This document shows, in pieces, positions 1 to 18,127 of a DNA stretch of 64,000 nucleotides; position 1 is the first letter of the stretch; each line of letters starts with the position of its first letter. Made by a program: the position numbers and the translations under genes. The notes under the pieces are model-generated. The model made no database searches. It saw only the letters and a list, made by a program, of their open reading frames with translations, and was not told the origin of the DNA. This DNA is from the human T2T-CHM13v2.0 reference genome, Homo sapiens, in the NCBI RefSeq assembly GCF_009914755.1, contig NC_060933.1, one strand, 5' to 3'.

Positions 1-1344
1 AGATGGAAAGTTCTTATAAGTTAGACATTTTTGAGTTGTGCACCTATATTTGGAAAGAACAACTTTTAGTCATATCCCTCATATATCTGTTTTGACGTTT
101 TATGTCAGCCTTATGTTTAAATGTGATACCTCATTATAACGTCCTAAAGGCAAGAAACAATATACCCAAATAAAAATATGTCTATGCTTCTGTGTTATAA
201 TTTATAAGACTGGCTTCGGTAATTGAATAAACATGTTAAGGTATTTTATTTCAATTATTTATACTCCATTGAGTTGTTCAAATGAGTATGAATCCTTCTA
301 GCAAAAACCCAACCCTCCTTTGGATCTATTCGCAAGGTGCACTTCAAAAGTTTATCATATAGTCGATGTTTGTAATTCTGTCTGTATTATTTCTTCAATA
401 ATACCTATGCACCTTGAGGGAAAGTTCTGCCTTATTCTTGCATAAGCTCAATAGGCACACATTTATAATTCAATGCTTGTAATATTTTCTCCCATTTCTG
501 AGATACTTAAAAAATTTAACCTCATTATCACCATCATTACCTCACTATCACCATGAAAATCTCAGTGACAAATAGAGCAACAGTGATCAGCTTGTGAGTA
601 AAAGCCAAATACCAGGCACTAACAAGAGTTCTCTTTTCATAAGAAACCTTCAAGGTCACTGCATGAGGACGAGGCCAGGCCAGTATTCAACATCGGATTT
701 ATAGATCCTAAAGTTGGCCACTTTCCTCTTTGCCATGCTGAATCTTTAAAATAAATCCTAATTCAATCTTTTAACCTAATGGCATGTCCAAGTCAAATTT
801 TTTACTACACACTTTTCCCAGATTCACCTCTTTTATTATATATTGGAAAATATAATTTCACAAAGATTATTTCGAATAAAGAGGTAATTTTTCCAATCGT
901 GTAAATGAAATCCACAGGAAAGGAGAGCTCTTCTGTATAAATAGCACAAATTCAGAGGAATGCCTTTGCAAACTCTATGCTTCACCAACACAGATCTTCC
1001 CTAGGAAGAGAATTCAAGATTGACCCCAAAACTCATCTCCTGAACTCAGTTGATACATCTTTTCAGTAACTGCCAAAGCCTCATTTGCAATTTCAAATAC
1101 CTTTGACAAAAAGCCAAAATGTTCTGAAATGTCAAATTCACTTGTACTTTACTTCTTCCACTCTAATGTTTTCAATAAATATATTGTCAGCTACAGCAAC
1201 AATTTCCAATTTCCCTTGTAAATAAGTGAAATAGCTTGGGAGGATCTTCTGAGATTGCATTGAGGTGTGCTCACAGGGCTATTTCATTTATAAGGTGTCA
1301 AGTCAGGTAGGTGGGCTGATCTGTTTCTTCAAGTAGCATCTGTG

Positions 1345-1780
1345 TAATAGGGTGTTGTTCAGTTAAGAGCCTGAGTCCTGCATCTCAGTGTCTTACTATG
1401 GGATGCTGAACAAGCTAAACTTTTTTATTTTATTTTATTTTTAAGTTCTGGGATACATGTGCAGAATGTGCAGGTTTGTTACATAGGTATACATGTGCCA
1501 TGGTGGTTTGCTGAACTTATCAGCCCATCATCTAGGTTATAAGCCCCGCATGCATTAGGTGTTTGTCCTAATGCTCTCCCTCCTCTTGTCCCTCATCCCC
1601 CTACAGGCCCTGATGTGTGATGTTCCCCTCCCTGTGTCCATGTGTTCTCATTTGAACAAGCTAAACTTCCTAAACTTCAGCCCTACCATATGTACATTGG
1701 AAATTATAACAGTGCCTTGTATGGCATTTAGTCACAATGTCTGGTGTAGAATAGATGCTCTAAAATTATTATTATTATAT
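1345..1780 (+). mobile_element. MIR SINE remnant, split by an L1 fragment
   Basis: GTTAAGAGC...CTTACTA...CAAG lies upstream of the L1. ...ACAATGTCTGG...ATGCTCTAAAATTATTATT lies downstream. Together they follow the MIR consensus order. Confidence 0.55.
1423..1652 (-). mobile_element. L1PA 3' end, heavily 5'-truncated (~230 bp)
   Basis: Poly-T followed by the L1PA 3'UTR (GGGATACATGTGCAGAATGTGCAGGTTTGTTACATAGG). 16-bp TSD TGAACAAGCTAAACTT at 1407-1422 and 1653-1668. Confidence 0.92.
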
Positions 1781-1809
1781 GCTGAAGGGCAGACATCTCA
1801 TCTTATTTT

Positions 1810-1956
1810 TTTTTTCACTTAAAAGAATATATTTTTTCAGAGACAAGATCTCGCTATGTTGCTCAGGCAGGTCTCAAACTCCTGAGCTCAAGTGATTTTC
1901 CCATCTTGGTCTCCCGAAGTGCTGGGATTACAGGCGTAAGCCACCATGCTTGGGCC
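1810..1956 (-). mobile_element. FLAM / free left Alu monomer
   Basis: Single Alu left arm (TCGCTATGTTGCTCAGG...GGGATTACAGGCGT) flanked by CATCTTATTTT repeats. Confidence 0.8.
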
Positions 1957-2281
1957 ACATCTTATTTTCATTGTGTTCAGAATACAATATAGGGTTGCAT
2001 ATAACAGCATTAAATGAACTGTTGTCATGCTTCCCTTGCTGATGTGTGTGCATATCTGTAATCCACTTTATGGGGGGATAAAGTTTTGTTTGGGCTCATG
2101 TCGGAACTGACGGAGTTGTCTCTTCATTAGAAACTGGATGGTCTAGTTTAAAACTACACTGTAAAGACGTGATGTGGCCTTAGTTATGGCATTTAAATAA
2201 TGGGTTTAACTCATCAAATTTCCCTAATAATATAACACTAATATATTTAGCTAGTCCACAGAAACACATATTTTTGTAGAT

Positions 2282-2702
<421 letters not shown>

Positions 2703-2932
2703 TAAATGCAAAATACCTGCAAAATGCGATGACTTCCTGTAATGTGGCATCACAGGCAAGCTGTGGCTTTTCAGAAGATACATTCACCCTGTTACCTTAC
2801 AGCTCTACCAAGTGGGACACCCCAGAGATCCTTATATATTATGTCTTTTTAATAGTTATTCCCAGACATTGTTTCTCTGCATTTATTTTCAAAGTATTAA
2901 TCCAATTTAACACTCATCTTCCTGGCAAGAAC

Positions 2933-3675
<743 letters not shown>

Positions 3676-3824
3676 TTTCCTCTTATAGTAGACAAGTGAG
3701 TCTGTATGCACATGGGGTACTGGATGAAATACTTTATCAAAACTGGTCAGAAATTCAGACAAAAATTTAATTCAATCAAACAACTGCATGTAATAAATAA
3801 TATTTTCGTGTGGCTACCAGTGAC

Positions 3825-3977
3825 TCACAAGTCCAGCTGCTTCAAAAAACATCCTAATTCTCTAGCCCCATCACAGTTCAATTCAATATAATCTGTGGGG
3901 AGGGGCCTGGCCTCAGTATTTTTAAAGCTTTCCAGGTTACTTTAATGAGTAATCAAGTCAGGGCTGACAATCACTAA
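3825..3977. mobile_element. MER5-type hAT-Charlie DNA transposon relic
   Basis: GGGGCCTGG...TATTTTTAAAGCTTTCCAGGT...AGGGCTGACAATCACT resembles MER5A/B. Confidence 0.55.
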
Positions 3978-4427
3978 GCCAAAATAAGCCTACTACTATG
4001 CAAGGTCTTTTCAGAGACAGAGAAGGAAAAAAAAAAACTACCTAAAGTAAATTCCATGATACAGTATCTATAAACGAGGGAACCTACAATCTTTGGCAGG
4101 AAAAACTTCAATTAAACTCATTTTCTTGCTACGCTGACCATTTATTTTACCAAAATAAGTCATAACATAAGATCTATTGCTCAGTTCCTGTGTAGACAGA
4201 ACCTAAAATCTGGGGAGAGGCAAGATCAACTAATTTGTTTTTTTTACTCACTTGACAAGTATTTTGACTAAAGCACTTAAGGATTGTGGTGTTGATTTAA
4301 AAAAAAAATGTTTAACAATTTTGTAAAAGACATTTTTTTGCAGTTTTCCAACAAAATCTTGTAAGCGAAGCATGTTTTCTTTCTCCTTATCTCAACCCAA
4401 ATGGTATGCTATTCCTCATATTTTCTT

Positions 4428-7400
4428 TTTTTAAAAATCTTGTATTTTAGATTAAGGGGTACATGTGAAGGTTTGTTATGTAGGAAAATAGATTGTTTCA
4501 TCACCCGGATACTGAGCCTAGTACCCAATAGTTATTTTTCCTGATCCTGTCTCTCCTCCCACCGTTCATCCTCAAGTAGGCCTCAGTGTGTGTTGTTCCC
4601 CTCTTTGTGTCCATGTGTTCTCATCATTTAGCTCCCAATTATGTGGTATTTGGTTTTGAACATGTGGTATTTGGTTTTCTGTTCCTGCATTAGTTTAAGC
4701 ATCATGGCCTCCAGCTCCATCCATGTTCCTGCAAAAGACATGATCTCATTCTTTTTTATGACTACATAGTATTCCATGGTGTATATGTACCACATTTTCT
4801 CTATCCAGTCTAACATTGATGGCCACTTAGATTGACTCCAAATCTTTGCGATTGTGAATTGTGTTGCTCTGAATATATGCATGCATGTGTCTTTATGATA
4901 GAATGACATATATTCTTTTGGGTATATACCCAATAATGAGATTGTTGGGTGAAATGGTAGTTCTATTTTTAGTTCTGTGGGGAATCATCACACTGCTTCC
5001 CACAATGGTTGAACTAATTTGAACTCCCACCAACAGTGCATAAGCGTTTTTTTTTGTCCCCTGCAACCTCACTAGCATCTGTAATTTTTTGACATTTAAT
5101 TATAGCCATTCTGACTGGTGTGAGATGGTATCTCATTGTGGTTTTTATTTGCATTTCTCTAATGATCAGTGATAATGGGATTTTTTTTCATATGTTTGTT
5201 GGCCGCATGTATGTCTTCTTTAGAAAAGCATCTGCTTATGTCCTTTGCCTACTTTTTAATGGGATTGTTTGTTTTGCTCTTATAAATTTACTTAAGTTTC
5301 TTATTGATGCTGGATATTTGACCTTTGTCAGATACATAATTTGCAAATATTTTCTCCCATTCTGTGGGTTGTCTGTTTACCCTGTTGATAGTTTCTTTTG
5401 TTGTGCAGAAGCTCTTTAGTTTAACTAGATACCATTTGTCAAATCTGCTTTCATTGCAATTGCTTCTGGCATCTTTGTCATGAAATCTTTGCCATTCCTA
5501 TGTCCAGGATGATATTCCCTATGTTGTCTTCCAGGATTTTTATAGTTTTAGGTTTTACATTTAAGTCTTTAATCTAGTTCATTGAGAGTTTTTAAAATAA
5601 AGGGATGTTAAATTTTATCAAAAGTCTTTCTTTGTCTATTGAGATAATCGTGGTTTTTGTCTTTAGTTTTGTCTATGTGACGAATCACATTGATTGATTT
5701 GCAAATGTTGAACCAACTTTGCATCCCAGGAATAAAGCCTATTTGATAGTGGTGGATTAAATTTTTGATGTGCTGCTGGATTCAGTTTGCTAGAATTTTG
5801 TTGAGAAGTTTTGCTTCCATGTTCATCAAGGATATTGGCCTGAAGTTTTCTTTTATTTTTGTGTCTCTGAGAGGTTTTGATATCAGGATGATGATGGCCT
5901 CATAGAATGAGCTGAGGAGGAGTCTCTCCTCTTCCATTTGTTGAAATAGTTTCACTAGGAATGGTACCAGCTCTTCTTTGTACAGCTGGCAGAATTCAGT
6001 TGTGAATCCATCTGGTCCTGGGCTTTTTTATTTTTATTTTTTTTTATTGGTAGGCTATTTATTACCAATTCAAGTTTGGAGTTTGTTATTGGTTTGTGGA
6101 GGGATTCAATGTCTTCCTGGTTCAGTCTTGGGAGGGTGTATGTATCCAGGAATTTATCCATTTCTTCTAGGTTTTGTAGTTTGTGTGTGTAGAGGGGTTC
6201 ATAATATTCTCTGATGATTATTTTTATTTCTGTGGGGTAAGTGCTAATATCCTCTTTGTCATTTCTGATTGTGTTAATTGGATCTTCTCTCTTTCTTCTT
6301 TATTATTCTGGCTAGTGGTCTATCTATCTTATTAACTTTTTCAAAAAATTAGCTCTGGCTTTGTTGATCTTTTGAATAGTTTTTCATGTCTCAATTCCTT
6401 CAGTTCAGCTCTGATTTTGGTTATTTCTTGTCTTCTCCTAGCTTTGGGGTTAGTTTGCTCTTGCTTCTCTAGTTCTTTTAGTCATGATGTTAGGTCGTTA
6501 ATTTAAGATCTTTCTAACTTTTTGATGTGGATTTTTAGTGCTATAAATTTCCCTCTTAACACTGCCTTAGCTGTGTCCTAGAGATTCTGGTATGTTGTAA
6601 CTTTGTTTTCAGTAGTTTCAAAAAACTTCTTGATTTCTGCCTTAATTTCATTATTTACCTGAAACTCATTCTGGAGCAGGTTGTTTAAGTTCCATGTAAT
6701 TGTATGGTGTTGAGCAATTTTCTTAGACTTGAATTCTGTTTTTACTGCACTGTGGTGTGAGAGTGTGGTTGGTATAATTTCAGTTCTTTTTGCATTTGCT
6801 GAGTATTGTTTTATGTCCAATGTGTGGTTGATTTCAGAGTATGTGCCATGTGGCAATGAGAAGAATGTATATTTTATTGTTTTGGGGTGGAGTGTTCTGT
6901 AGATGTCTATCAGGTCCATTGGTCCAGTGTTGAGTTCAGGTCCTGAATATCTTTGTTAATTTTCTGCCTCAATGATCTGTCTAATATGGTCAGTAGGGTG
7001 TTGAAGTCTCCCACTAATATTGTATGACAGTCTAAGTCTCTGAAGGTCTCCAAGAACTTGCTTTATGGATCTGGGTGCTCCTGTGTTGGGAGCATATATA
7101 TTTAGGATAGTAATGTCTTGTTGAATTGAGCCTTTTACCATTACGTAATGCCCTTCTTTGTCTTTCTTAATCTTTGTTGGTTTAAAGTTGCTTTTTTTTC
7201 TGTTTTCCATTTGCTTGGTAGATTTTCCTCCATCTCTTTGTTTTGAATTTATGGATGTCATTGCATGTGAGATAAGGTTTTTAAAGACAGCATACCATTG
7301 GGTATTGCTTTTTCAGTCAGCTTGCCACTCTGTGCCTTTAAATTGGGGAATTAAGTCCATTTCCATTCAAGATTAATACTGATACGTGTGAATGTAATCT

Positions 7401-10181
7401 TGTCATCATAATGTTAGCTGGTTATTTTAAAGACTGGCTTATGTGGTTGCCTTATAGTGTCACTGGGCTGTGTATTTCAGTGTATTTTTTTTTTTAGTGG
7501 CTGGTAACAGGCTTTTCTTTCCATATTTAGTACTTCCTTTAGGAGCCTTATAAGGCATGTCTGGTGGTAAAAAAAAAAAATCTTCTCAGCACTTCTTTGT
7601 CTGAAAAGGATCTTATTTCTCCTTCACTTATGAAGCTCAGGTTGGTTAGATTTGAAATCTTGGTGGGAATTCCATTTATCTAAGAATGTTGAATATTGGC
7701 TCCCAACCTCTTCTGGCTTGTGAGGTTTCTGCTAATAGGTCTGCTGTTAGTCTAATGGACTTCCCTTTGTACCTTTGTAGGTTATCTCTCATTACTTTTT
7801 CTCTGCCTTTAAGATTTTTTTGCTTCATTTCAAGCTTGGAGAATCTGATAGTCATGTCTCTTGGGGATGATTTTCTTGTGAAGGATTTTGCAGGGTTCTC
7901 TGCATTTTCAGAATCTGAATGTTGGTCTCTTTAGCTAGGTTGGGAAAGGTCTCATGGATGAAATCCTAAAATATGTTTTCAAGTAGTTTCCATTCTCCCC
8001 ATCTCTTTCAGAGACACCAATGAGTCATAGATTCGGTCTCTTTACATAATTCTATGTTTCTCAGAGATTTCTTACTTTCACTCTTTCTTCTTTCTTCTTG
8101 TCTGGCTGTCTTATTTCAGAAAGCCAGTCTTCAAGCTCTGAGATTCTTTCCTCAGCTTGGTCTATCCTGCTGTTAATACTTGCCATTGCATTATGACATT
8201 CTTGTAGCGTGTTTTTCAGCTCTATCGGGTGGGTTACATTCTTTTCTCTACAGCTATTTTATCTGTCAGCTCCTGTATCATTTTATTGTGCCTCTTAGCT
8301 TCCGTAGATTGGGTTTCAACATTCTGCTTAATCTTAATGATCTTCATTCATATCCATATTCTGAATTACATTTCTGTCACTTCAACCATCTCATCTTTGC
8401 TGGAGAGGTGATGTGGTCATTTGGAGGGAAGAAGGCCCTCTGACTTTTGAGCTGTCAGGATTCTTGTGCTGATTCTTTCTCATCTCTGTGGGCTGATGTT
8501 TCTTTAATCTTTTAAGTTGATGTCCTGTGGCTGAGCTTTATTTTATTTTATTCTATTTGATGGCCTTGAGGGTTTGGTTTTGGTACAAGGTGGGTTCAAC
8601 TGACTGGTTTCATTTCTGGAATATTTTAGGAGGCTCAGGCTCAGCTCAGGACTCCCAAACTGCATGCTCTAACTCTGGGGGACTGGTTTCTGGCCCAGGC
8701 TTTGTCTCTGGCCCCTAAAGGTTAGGAACCTGCTGTGCTGGAAGGACCAAGATGATCCAAGACCACTGGTCACAACACTCTGATGGGTGGTGCCAGTCAA
8801 AGTGCTTCATAGGGCAGTGCCAGTGAGATCCATCCTGGTTCACACCTTCAGCAGCAGCAGCAGCAGTGGCAGCGAGGTGTGGTGCACATTCACTGGCTGC
8901 GGCAGGGAGCTAGTGGCTGCCAGCATGCTGGCCTCATTGTGGGCATTCATAGCAGCAACTGTGGCATCACGGTGCAGGGGTTGGGGGTGGGGGATGCTTG
9001 CCCCCTCCCCCACCCCTGTGTCTTTGTGTGCATTTGTGCCGGTGGCGGTGTTAGCATGGGAGTGAAGCACTGGTGAGCACAGGACTGTGTGAGTTCTCCT
9101 TGCACATTCACGTGGGTGGTAGTAGCCGCTCAGAACAGGGGTGGGTCCTCTGTTCTCGGTGCCTATTGTCACACTGGTGGTAGTGTCGGTGCAGGGGCAG
9201 GGCATTGGCAGGGACGGGGCTGGCGGGCTTCATGCCCACTCATCAATGCTCCAACAGTAATGGCAGTATGGTGGGGGGTCGAGAGGGTGAAGTGCACTCA
9301 GGATGGCAGCAGTAGCATGGCACACACACTGTGGCAGGAAAGGGGAGGCAAGGTCCACCCACACACACATGCAGTGGCAAAACGATGTGGGGGATGGCCG
9401 TGGGCTAGTGCATGCAGGCAAAGTGGAACGGGGAGACTGCAGTGGGGGCAGGGCACAGTTAGGCTGATGTGTGTACATGGGGGCCACTCTGCAGCAGATC
9501 TCTGCTGGTCAGGCACAGTCAGCCAGCACAGGAACTATGATGCAGGTCCTCAGGAGGTAGCCTCCACTGCACCCCGCTGTGAAGCTGCACTGCAAGCAGG
9601 TGTGGCCAGGCTGGGGCCCCAGGAGGGGCGAGCAGACTGAAGGATGCTCAGGTCAGACTGGCCCTGTCTCAGGGGCAAGAATGCCCTGCAGAGTTCAGGT
9701 CTGACAGTTCCCCTAGGGCTGAAGTCTCCTATGAGAACAAGTCTAGCCTAGGGCAATGGGTGTCCCTGACCATTCTCCACTACAGAGGCTCCCACACAAA
9801 ACCTTCTGGGCTTTGCACAGTCTGGAGTTCTACCATTAACACTTTATAAGCAGGTCTTCCTGACAACTCAAGTGTCCCTGGTGGTTGTGGGGTCTCCTCC
9901 TGTCAGGATTTCAGGGACCTGCGACAAGAGGAGGTTGCCCCTTGCCTGTTCAACTCACCTCTCCTCCAGGAGATTTTGGGGACCTGGAATGAGTCCTGGT
10001 GCACGGTTGCCCCTTGCAGGGTTCCCGGCTTCCTCCCCCTTCAGCCCAACATCTGTGTCTTCCCTCTGTCTGCTCTCAAAGCCTTCCCTCTGAAGATCTG
10101 CCAGGAGCACACCAGTCTTCCCAATGTCCTGGTCCCTTGGTGGGAGCTGTTCCTCCTGGCTGTGTCTAGTCAGCCATCTTC
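4428..10181 (-). mobile_element. Old primate L1 (about L1PA13-16 class) with both ends present, internal ORF2 deletion, inactive
   Basis: 3'UTR at about 4430-4700. ORF2 remnants include [30 protein letters not shown] and KDKEGHYVMVKGSIQQ. ORF1 lies at about 7500-8400 and the GC-richer 5'UTR at 8500-10181. 14-bp TSD CCTCATATTTTCTT at 4414-4427 and 10182-10195. Confidence 0.92.
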
Positions 10182-10364
10182 CCTCATATTTTCTTCACAC
10201 AAGTTAACAATGGTTATTTTCACATTGTAATTTCATCTATTAATTGACATTTAAGAGAAAACAAATCAGAATGTGTGATAATTTGCTAATATTTCTCCCA
10301 ATGAGCACATATGTTTTGTTGTTTCCTTCAACAAAGACAGTGATAGCTCCACATCATTGTTCTG

Positions 10365-12360
<1,996 letters not shown>

Positions 12361-13682
12361 TTCCTGCAAGAATTGCCCACTCCCACCCTCTCATTTCACA
12401 GATGAAGTCCCGTGACCCAGAAGTGCAAAGCCATCTGTTGCTGCTCCCATCCTATTGGAGACATAGCCCTGACTCTTCCTCTGAGTTGGGGTCCAGGGCT
12501 CTTTCTGCTCCTCTAAATAGCCACCTCAGCAGAGCCTCCTGGCAAGTAGGATTTAGTCTACACCAGGCTTCCTGCATGCCACTATTTACTTTCCTAATGA
12601 AGACAGAAAACGAGGTGTGAAGGCAGCAGCATGTTAGATTTTTCAGTTCTAATGGGAAGAATAAAAACCTCACTATGATGCACTAAAGAGCCATTAGTGA
12701 AAACAGTTTTAAGTCCCTACCTCAATTCCCAAGAAAGCTGATGGAGAAAAACGGCAGCTTCAACATTTGCACTTTGACTTGCCTCTCTCCATGGGAACTT
12801 CAGATTTCCTTCCTACAGCTAACACAATCCTAAATTTCTAGTGTGGCTTTCAGGGATTACCAAAGACAGAATGTTGAATGCATTGTATGGTTTCTGTCTT
12901 CAGTCATAGGAACCATTCTTTGCTCTAGGAGTAGCAATGAGATCCAAATCCAGGAAATATGGCAATATCTTCGATTTACATCATTAGCCCTCAGTATTTT
13001 TTTTTTTTTGAGACTAGAAGCAGAAGGCTGCTTCATGCCTGGCTGCCTATCAAAAGAAGCAATTTTCATAAATCTATAGCTCTGAACAATGAAAACGGTT
13101 CCTTTCACCTCTGCTGAATCAGTGTCTGGAGCATCAGGGACAGGGGAAAAGTTCTAACATTAGCTTTTTTCTTCTACCTGCTGCTAATCAGAGTGCAAGC
13201 GAGAAGTTGTATTCTTCTCAGGGCCAGTAAAGCAGGGAAAGAAATCACTAGTGCTCCTCCCCAGTCTGAGGATCAAATAAACAGCCTTTTTTATCATCCA
13301 GCTGCTAGGGGTATGGCTTGAGCTACAGACAGCTCATTAGAAAGAACCACAAAGTTAGAAATTTGGCCTTTGGGGGGAAAATGTCATTCTTCAAATTCCC
13401 TGTCTTGTGTTCTTTAACTAAGTACATATCCTTTTTAGGGGCCAGATGGGATGGGGAGACCTGTTTTGAACCTTAAGACAATAATAAGAGCTTAGATATT
13501 TACTGAAGGAATGAAATGGTTTGTCTGAAAGTTGCCCAGTTTCACAACTGTTGTTCCATAAAACCAAAGAGAACGATGCTTGCCACGTGGGTAAAAGCTG
13601 ACTTTAGTTGACATCTCTTCCTTCATTCTTTTTCAGCTCACACATTCCTCCCCATTCTCTGAATTCCCACAAAGACTGTTAT

Positions 13683-14286
13683 TGCTGGGGCTCATAAAAT
13701 TATACCCCAAAGTATGATGCTTTGGCATCCAGAGTGCTTTGAACTATAGGAGATTGAAGGCCCCAGAAGCCAAGTTTCCCTCTGACCTTCTCCTGCCTTC
13801 CTGTCTTCCACCCCCTGCTTTTCCCCTGAAGTGAGTCCTGGAAGCCAGAATTCTTCTTGCCCAAAGCAAGCCGTGACACCCTGGAAATATCACTCTAACC
13901 TTCCTTGCCTTTCCGTGTGGCAGCTGGCCATGAAGAAATTCTCTGACCTACCTTGTTTGATAGCAGATCACAAGACCCTGGTTCCAGAGCGGTCCTGCTT
14001 TACACCGAGGGAAAGGAATGTCATACAGAAAGGCCAAGAAGAATCTGAAGAGATGTCCAATCACCTTTGCACGTGGCTGCCCATTCTTCATTGAACCTAA
14101 GCATTAAAATAGACAGTTTCCCCTGGGTCTTTGGGTCTTCATTTCTGAAGACTCCATGTCATGTAAAACTTTGATTAAATAAATGTATCATGCATTACTT
14201 TTGCTAACCTGTCTTTTGTTATAGGAGTGTCGCCTGTGACCTTTATGATGGGTAAGGAAAGATTTCACATCTTTTCTACCCCTACA
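13683..14286 (+). mobile_element. ERV1 solo LTR (MER34/MER39-like)
   Basis: TG...CA termini (TGCTGGGGCTCA...ATACCCCAAAGTATG; ...CCCCTACA). 4-bp TSD TTAT at 13679-13682 and 14287-14290. AATAAA at about 14178. Confidence 0.8.
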
Positions 14287-15609
14287 TTATCATACTGTGA
14301 AATTTTATTATATGCTGTCTTGCCCTCATAGAAAGAGAATTTTGGAGTTTGAAAGAATCCTGCTAATCATGAAATCTGGTCCTTTATTTAACAGAAAAAT
14401 TCCCAGAGACATGAAATGATTAGTACTGTTTCACAGAGAAGCAGAGGGAGAGCCAGACCCTCAGTCAGTCCAGGCTCTGCTGTCTTTGGAGGTGGGGTTT
14501 CAGGTCTCCCCAGCAGGGTTGTGAGGTCCCAAAGAACGGGAGGCAGGCCTTGGGCCATAGTCTCCTGCATCCCTCCAGAGCCTGCAGCAGGAGCTGGGCC
14601 CAAGGATGCTGCGGAGTGAGTCCACATCATTGACATACACTGCTCTGGAAGCACCATTCCGGCAGACTAGCCCTCTTCTTCCCACGTAATCCAGGAAGGT
14701 TGTTATAGATAGTCCAGATTTTTCTAGATAATCTTGTAACATATTCACATTCAACATACATACAAAAATTCACACTTGGTATGGGTAGGAGAACTGTGCA
14801 GACTTCAGTAGAATTTATTTATTAAAGCTTTCTGTAGACGGTCATTTAAGGCCAGCAAAATGTTTTCGATCTCAGGGGTTAAATGGATTCAAAACAGAAA
14901 TCAGTAAAGCTGTCATTGCAGATTTCTGTAATAGAGAGGCAAGTATAACAATTGATTAAGAACTCTATCCCTTTATATCTATAGAACATATAAGGCCCCT
15001 GGATACCCCTGGACCTCAACGCTCCACATTCCCCATTTCAGAAATCCAGGAGGACGTGTGGCACCGTGAGGGGACCACAGAGACCCTGTCTCTCCTGTCT
15101 AGTCTATGCATCTTCACTCGCCTGGCCCCCACTTCACAGAACACAGAACAGGCATTCTTGCTCCAAAATCCCTTGCTCATTCGCTGCCCCTATCCTGCTG
15201 CTTACCCAGATTTTAACCCATGAGTCACCCCACACCCTCCTGACATCTGCTTTTCTCAGGACATGGAAAATACGGACTTGGGATTTGAGCATTTTCTATG
15301 CACAGGAAAACTGAAATTGAGATTCAGGAAAGCTACTTCCTGAATTTGATAATTTAGGTGTGGATTAAGATTGTAGGTGTTATCTTGAGAGGGCCCCAAG
15401 CAAGTTTCAGATGTACATTTTTTTTGAGAAAATGTGTGAGAGGCTATTTTGCTCTCAGTTCTCTGCTATTGTTAGGACCCCTAGTATTTACCTGCCCGCT
15501 TGCACTGTAACTCCAAAGGAAGCTTTCACCTAAAGCTTGGGAGAAATGATCTGCTAATAATCCATCACTGTGGTTTTTATCATGTTTCCCACCGTTTTCT
15601 CTTTTATGA

Positions 15610-16020
<411 letters not shown>

Positions 16021-16722
16021 TTGTGGTGTGTTTTTATTCAACCCAGAAAGAATTTTATTGCCAGCATTATTTGTATGTATTAATAATTTACTGAGAAACT
16101 GTGTCAGATATAGGTATATGCAAAGTTCCTAATGACAGTAGAAAACTAGAAATATGGGAAAAGTTTGAGCTTGAAATATGAAAATTAGAATGATGTACTT
16201 AATTAAATAAAAGAAATATTTGCAGATACGCTTGGACCAAGACTGATAATTAAAACACAGTACAATTTATTTCAAAATTAAAATGTTGATTATTTATTTT
16301 CTTAGGGGACAGGTATACATGTTCTTAAATAGTCAGAAACTAAATACACTCTTCAAATGTTGAGAAATAAGTAGTAAAATTTTTTATAAAAAGAAATAGC
16401 ATGCCCACCTAGATTACTATTAATGAACACTCTTTTAGTTTTTGAATGAAACATTATCTTAGCATAGAAGTTTAAGAAAACAAAGATTTTTTAAAGTCAC
16501 TATACTATGACATGTCCACAAAAATGTTTAGTAGATAGTTCCTCAGAAGTAATTTTCATAGATGAATAAAATGATGACTGTGCATATTCTTTTCGGTGGT
16601 CTTTGTAGATGTGTTAATTCACAGGCAGTAAAAGAGAAAAGTTAACAAATGCAAAGCATGAGAATCCCACATTTTAGTTTATACTGATTCTCATTAATTT
16701 ATCCAATGGTAATTCATTTTTC

Positions 16723-17025
16723 TTTTCCTTTTTTTTTTTTTTTTTAGACGGAGTCTCGCTTTGTCGCCCGGGCTGGAGTGCAGTGGCGCGATCTTGGCTC
16801 ACTGCAAGCACCGCCTCCCGGGTTCACGCCATTCTCCTGCCTCAGTCTCCTGAGTAGCTGAGACTACAGGCGCCCACCATCATGCCCGGCTAATTTTTTG
16901 TATTTTTAATAGAGATGGGGTTTCACCGTGTTAGCCAGGATAGTCTCGATCTCCTTTCCTCGTGATTCACCCACCTCGGCCTCCCCAAGTTCTGGGATTA
17001 CAGGCGTGAGCCACTGCACCCAGCC
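16723..17025 (-). mobile_element. AluY
   Basis: 15-bp TSD GGTAATTCATTTTTC at 16708-16722 and 17026-17040. Confidence 0.94.
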
Positions 17026-17818
17026 GGTAATTCATTTTTCATAATTGTTGCTTACAGATTCTAACCCCAGTTCCCATTACCCATCCTGTCTCACACACAA
17101 TAAAGTGTCATGTCTGAGTCACTAAATGTCTGCGTTGGAGTGAGTTTGAATTGTCTTTAATGTCAGACTCACTTCAGAGGAGGTGTGGTTTTCTTGCTTT
17201 TTTGTTTTTTCACCTCTGTAGGACTTTTCCAAGTGGCTCCGGGTCAGTGAAAAGTTATTAAGAGCAGCTTCTACTTCTGCCCTAATTAAAAATTGTGCAA
17301 AACAAAAAAATACATCTTTTTGACACATTTTTTTCTGAAGTAACCTCATATATTTTTCCTTCAAAAATTGAAATCAAAAGGGAAAATAAATATACAATTT
17401 TAATTTCTGATACTGGCATAGTGTTTGTATCTGACTGTCTTCATGGAGCAAAAGTCATGGAGATAAAAAATAGAAACTTCACAATTATTCAGTTATTTTG
17501 TTTATTGTTAAGTTTAAATCCTATTTGATTTAGCATTTTATTTTCTATAAATGTTTAAATAAACATTTTATAGAAAAGCCCAATCACTACCACCTCCTCA
17601 AATCACTCAGGTTGCCTCTAACCTGAGTGTAAATGGAAAGCAATTATATTATTTATCTGCTTTTACTTACTCATATTTAAGTGCTGGTATTTGTGCTTTA
17701 GGTCAAATAATATAAGATTTTCCCATAGAAATGATGGCAACTTAATAATTAAAATTTTAAAGCATCTTACGGAGAACTATTTTTAGACAATATATCATTT
17801 GTTCATACCATGACTTAA

Positions 17819-18121
<303 letters not shown>

Positions 18122-18127
18122 TGATAA

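Noticed and set aside
1030-1225. Short open frames on the minus strand (e.g. KLEIVAVADNIFIENIRVEE) with an AG upstream
   Set aside because: There is no identifiable homologue and no supporting neighbouring exons.
8787-9640. Overlapping ORFs up to 183 aa
   Set aside because: They sit inside the GC-rich 5'UTR of the L1 at 4428-10181.
13683-14286. MER34-like LTR as the partner LTR of the provirus at 56-62 kb
   Set aside because: It has its own 4-bp TSD, so it is an independent solo LTR. It is also on the opposite strand and more than 40 kb away.
14500-14757. Protein-looking ORF (LQDYLEKSGLSITTFLDYVGRRG...) in non-repeat DNA
   Set aside because: I recognise no homologue, splice context or partner exons. 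A BLASTP or PhyloCSF check would be needed.
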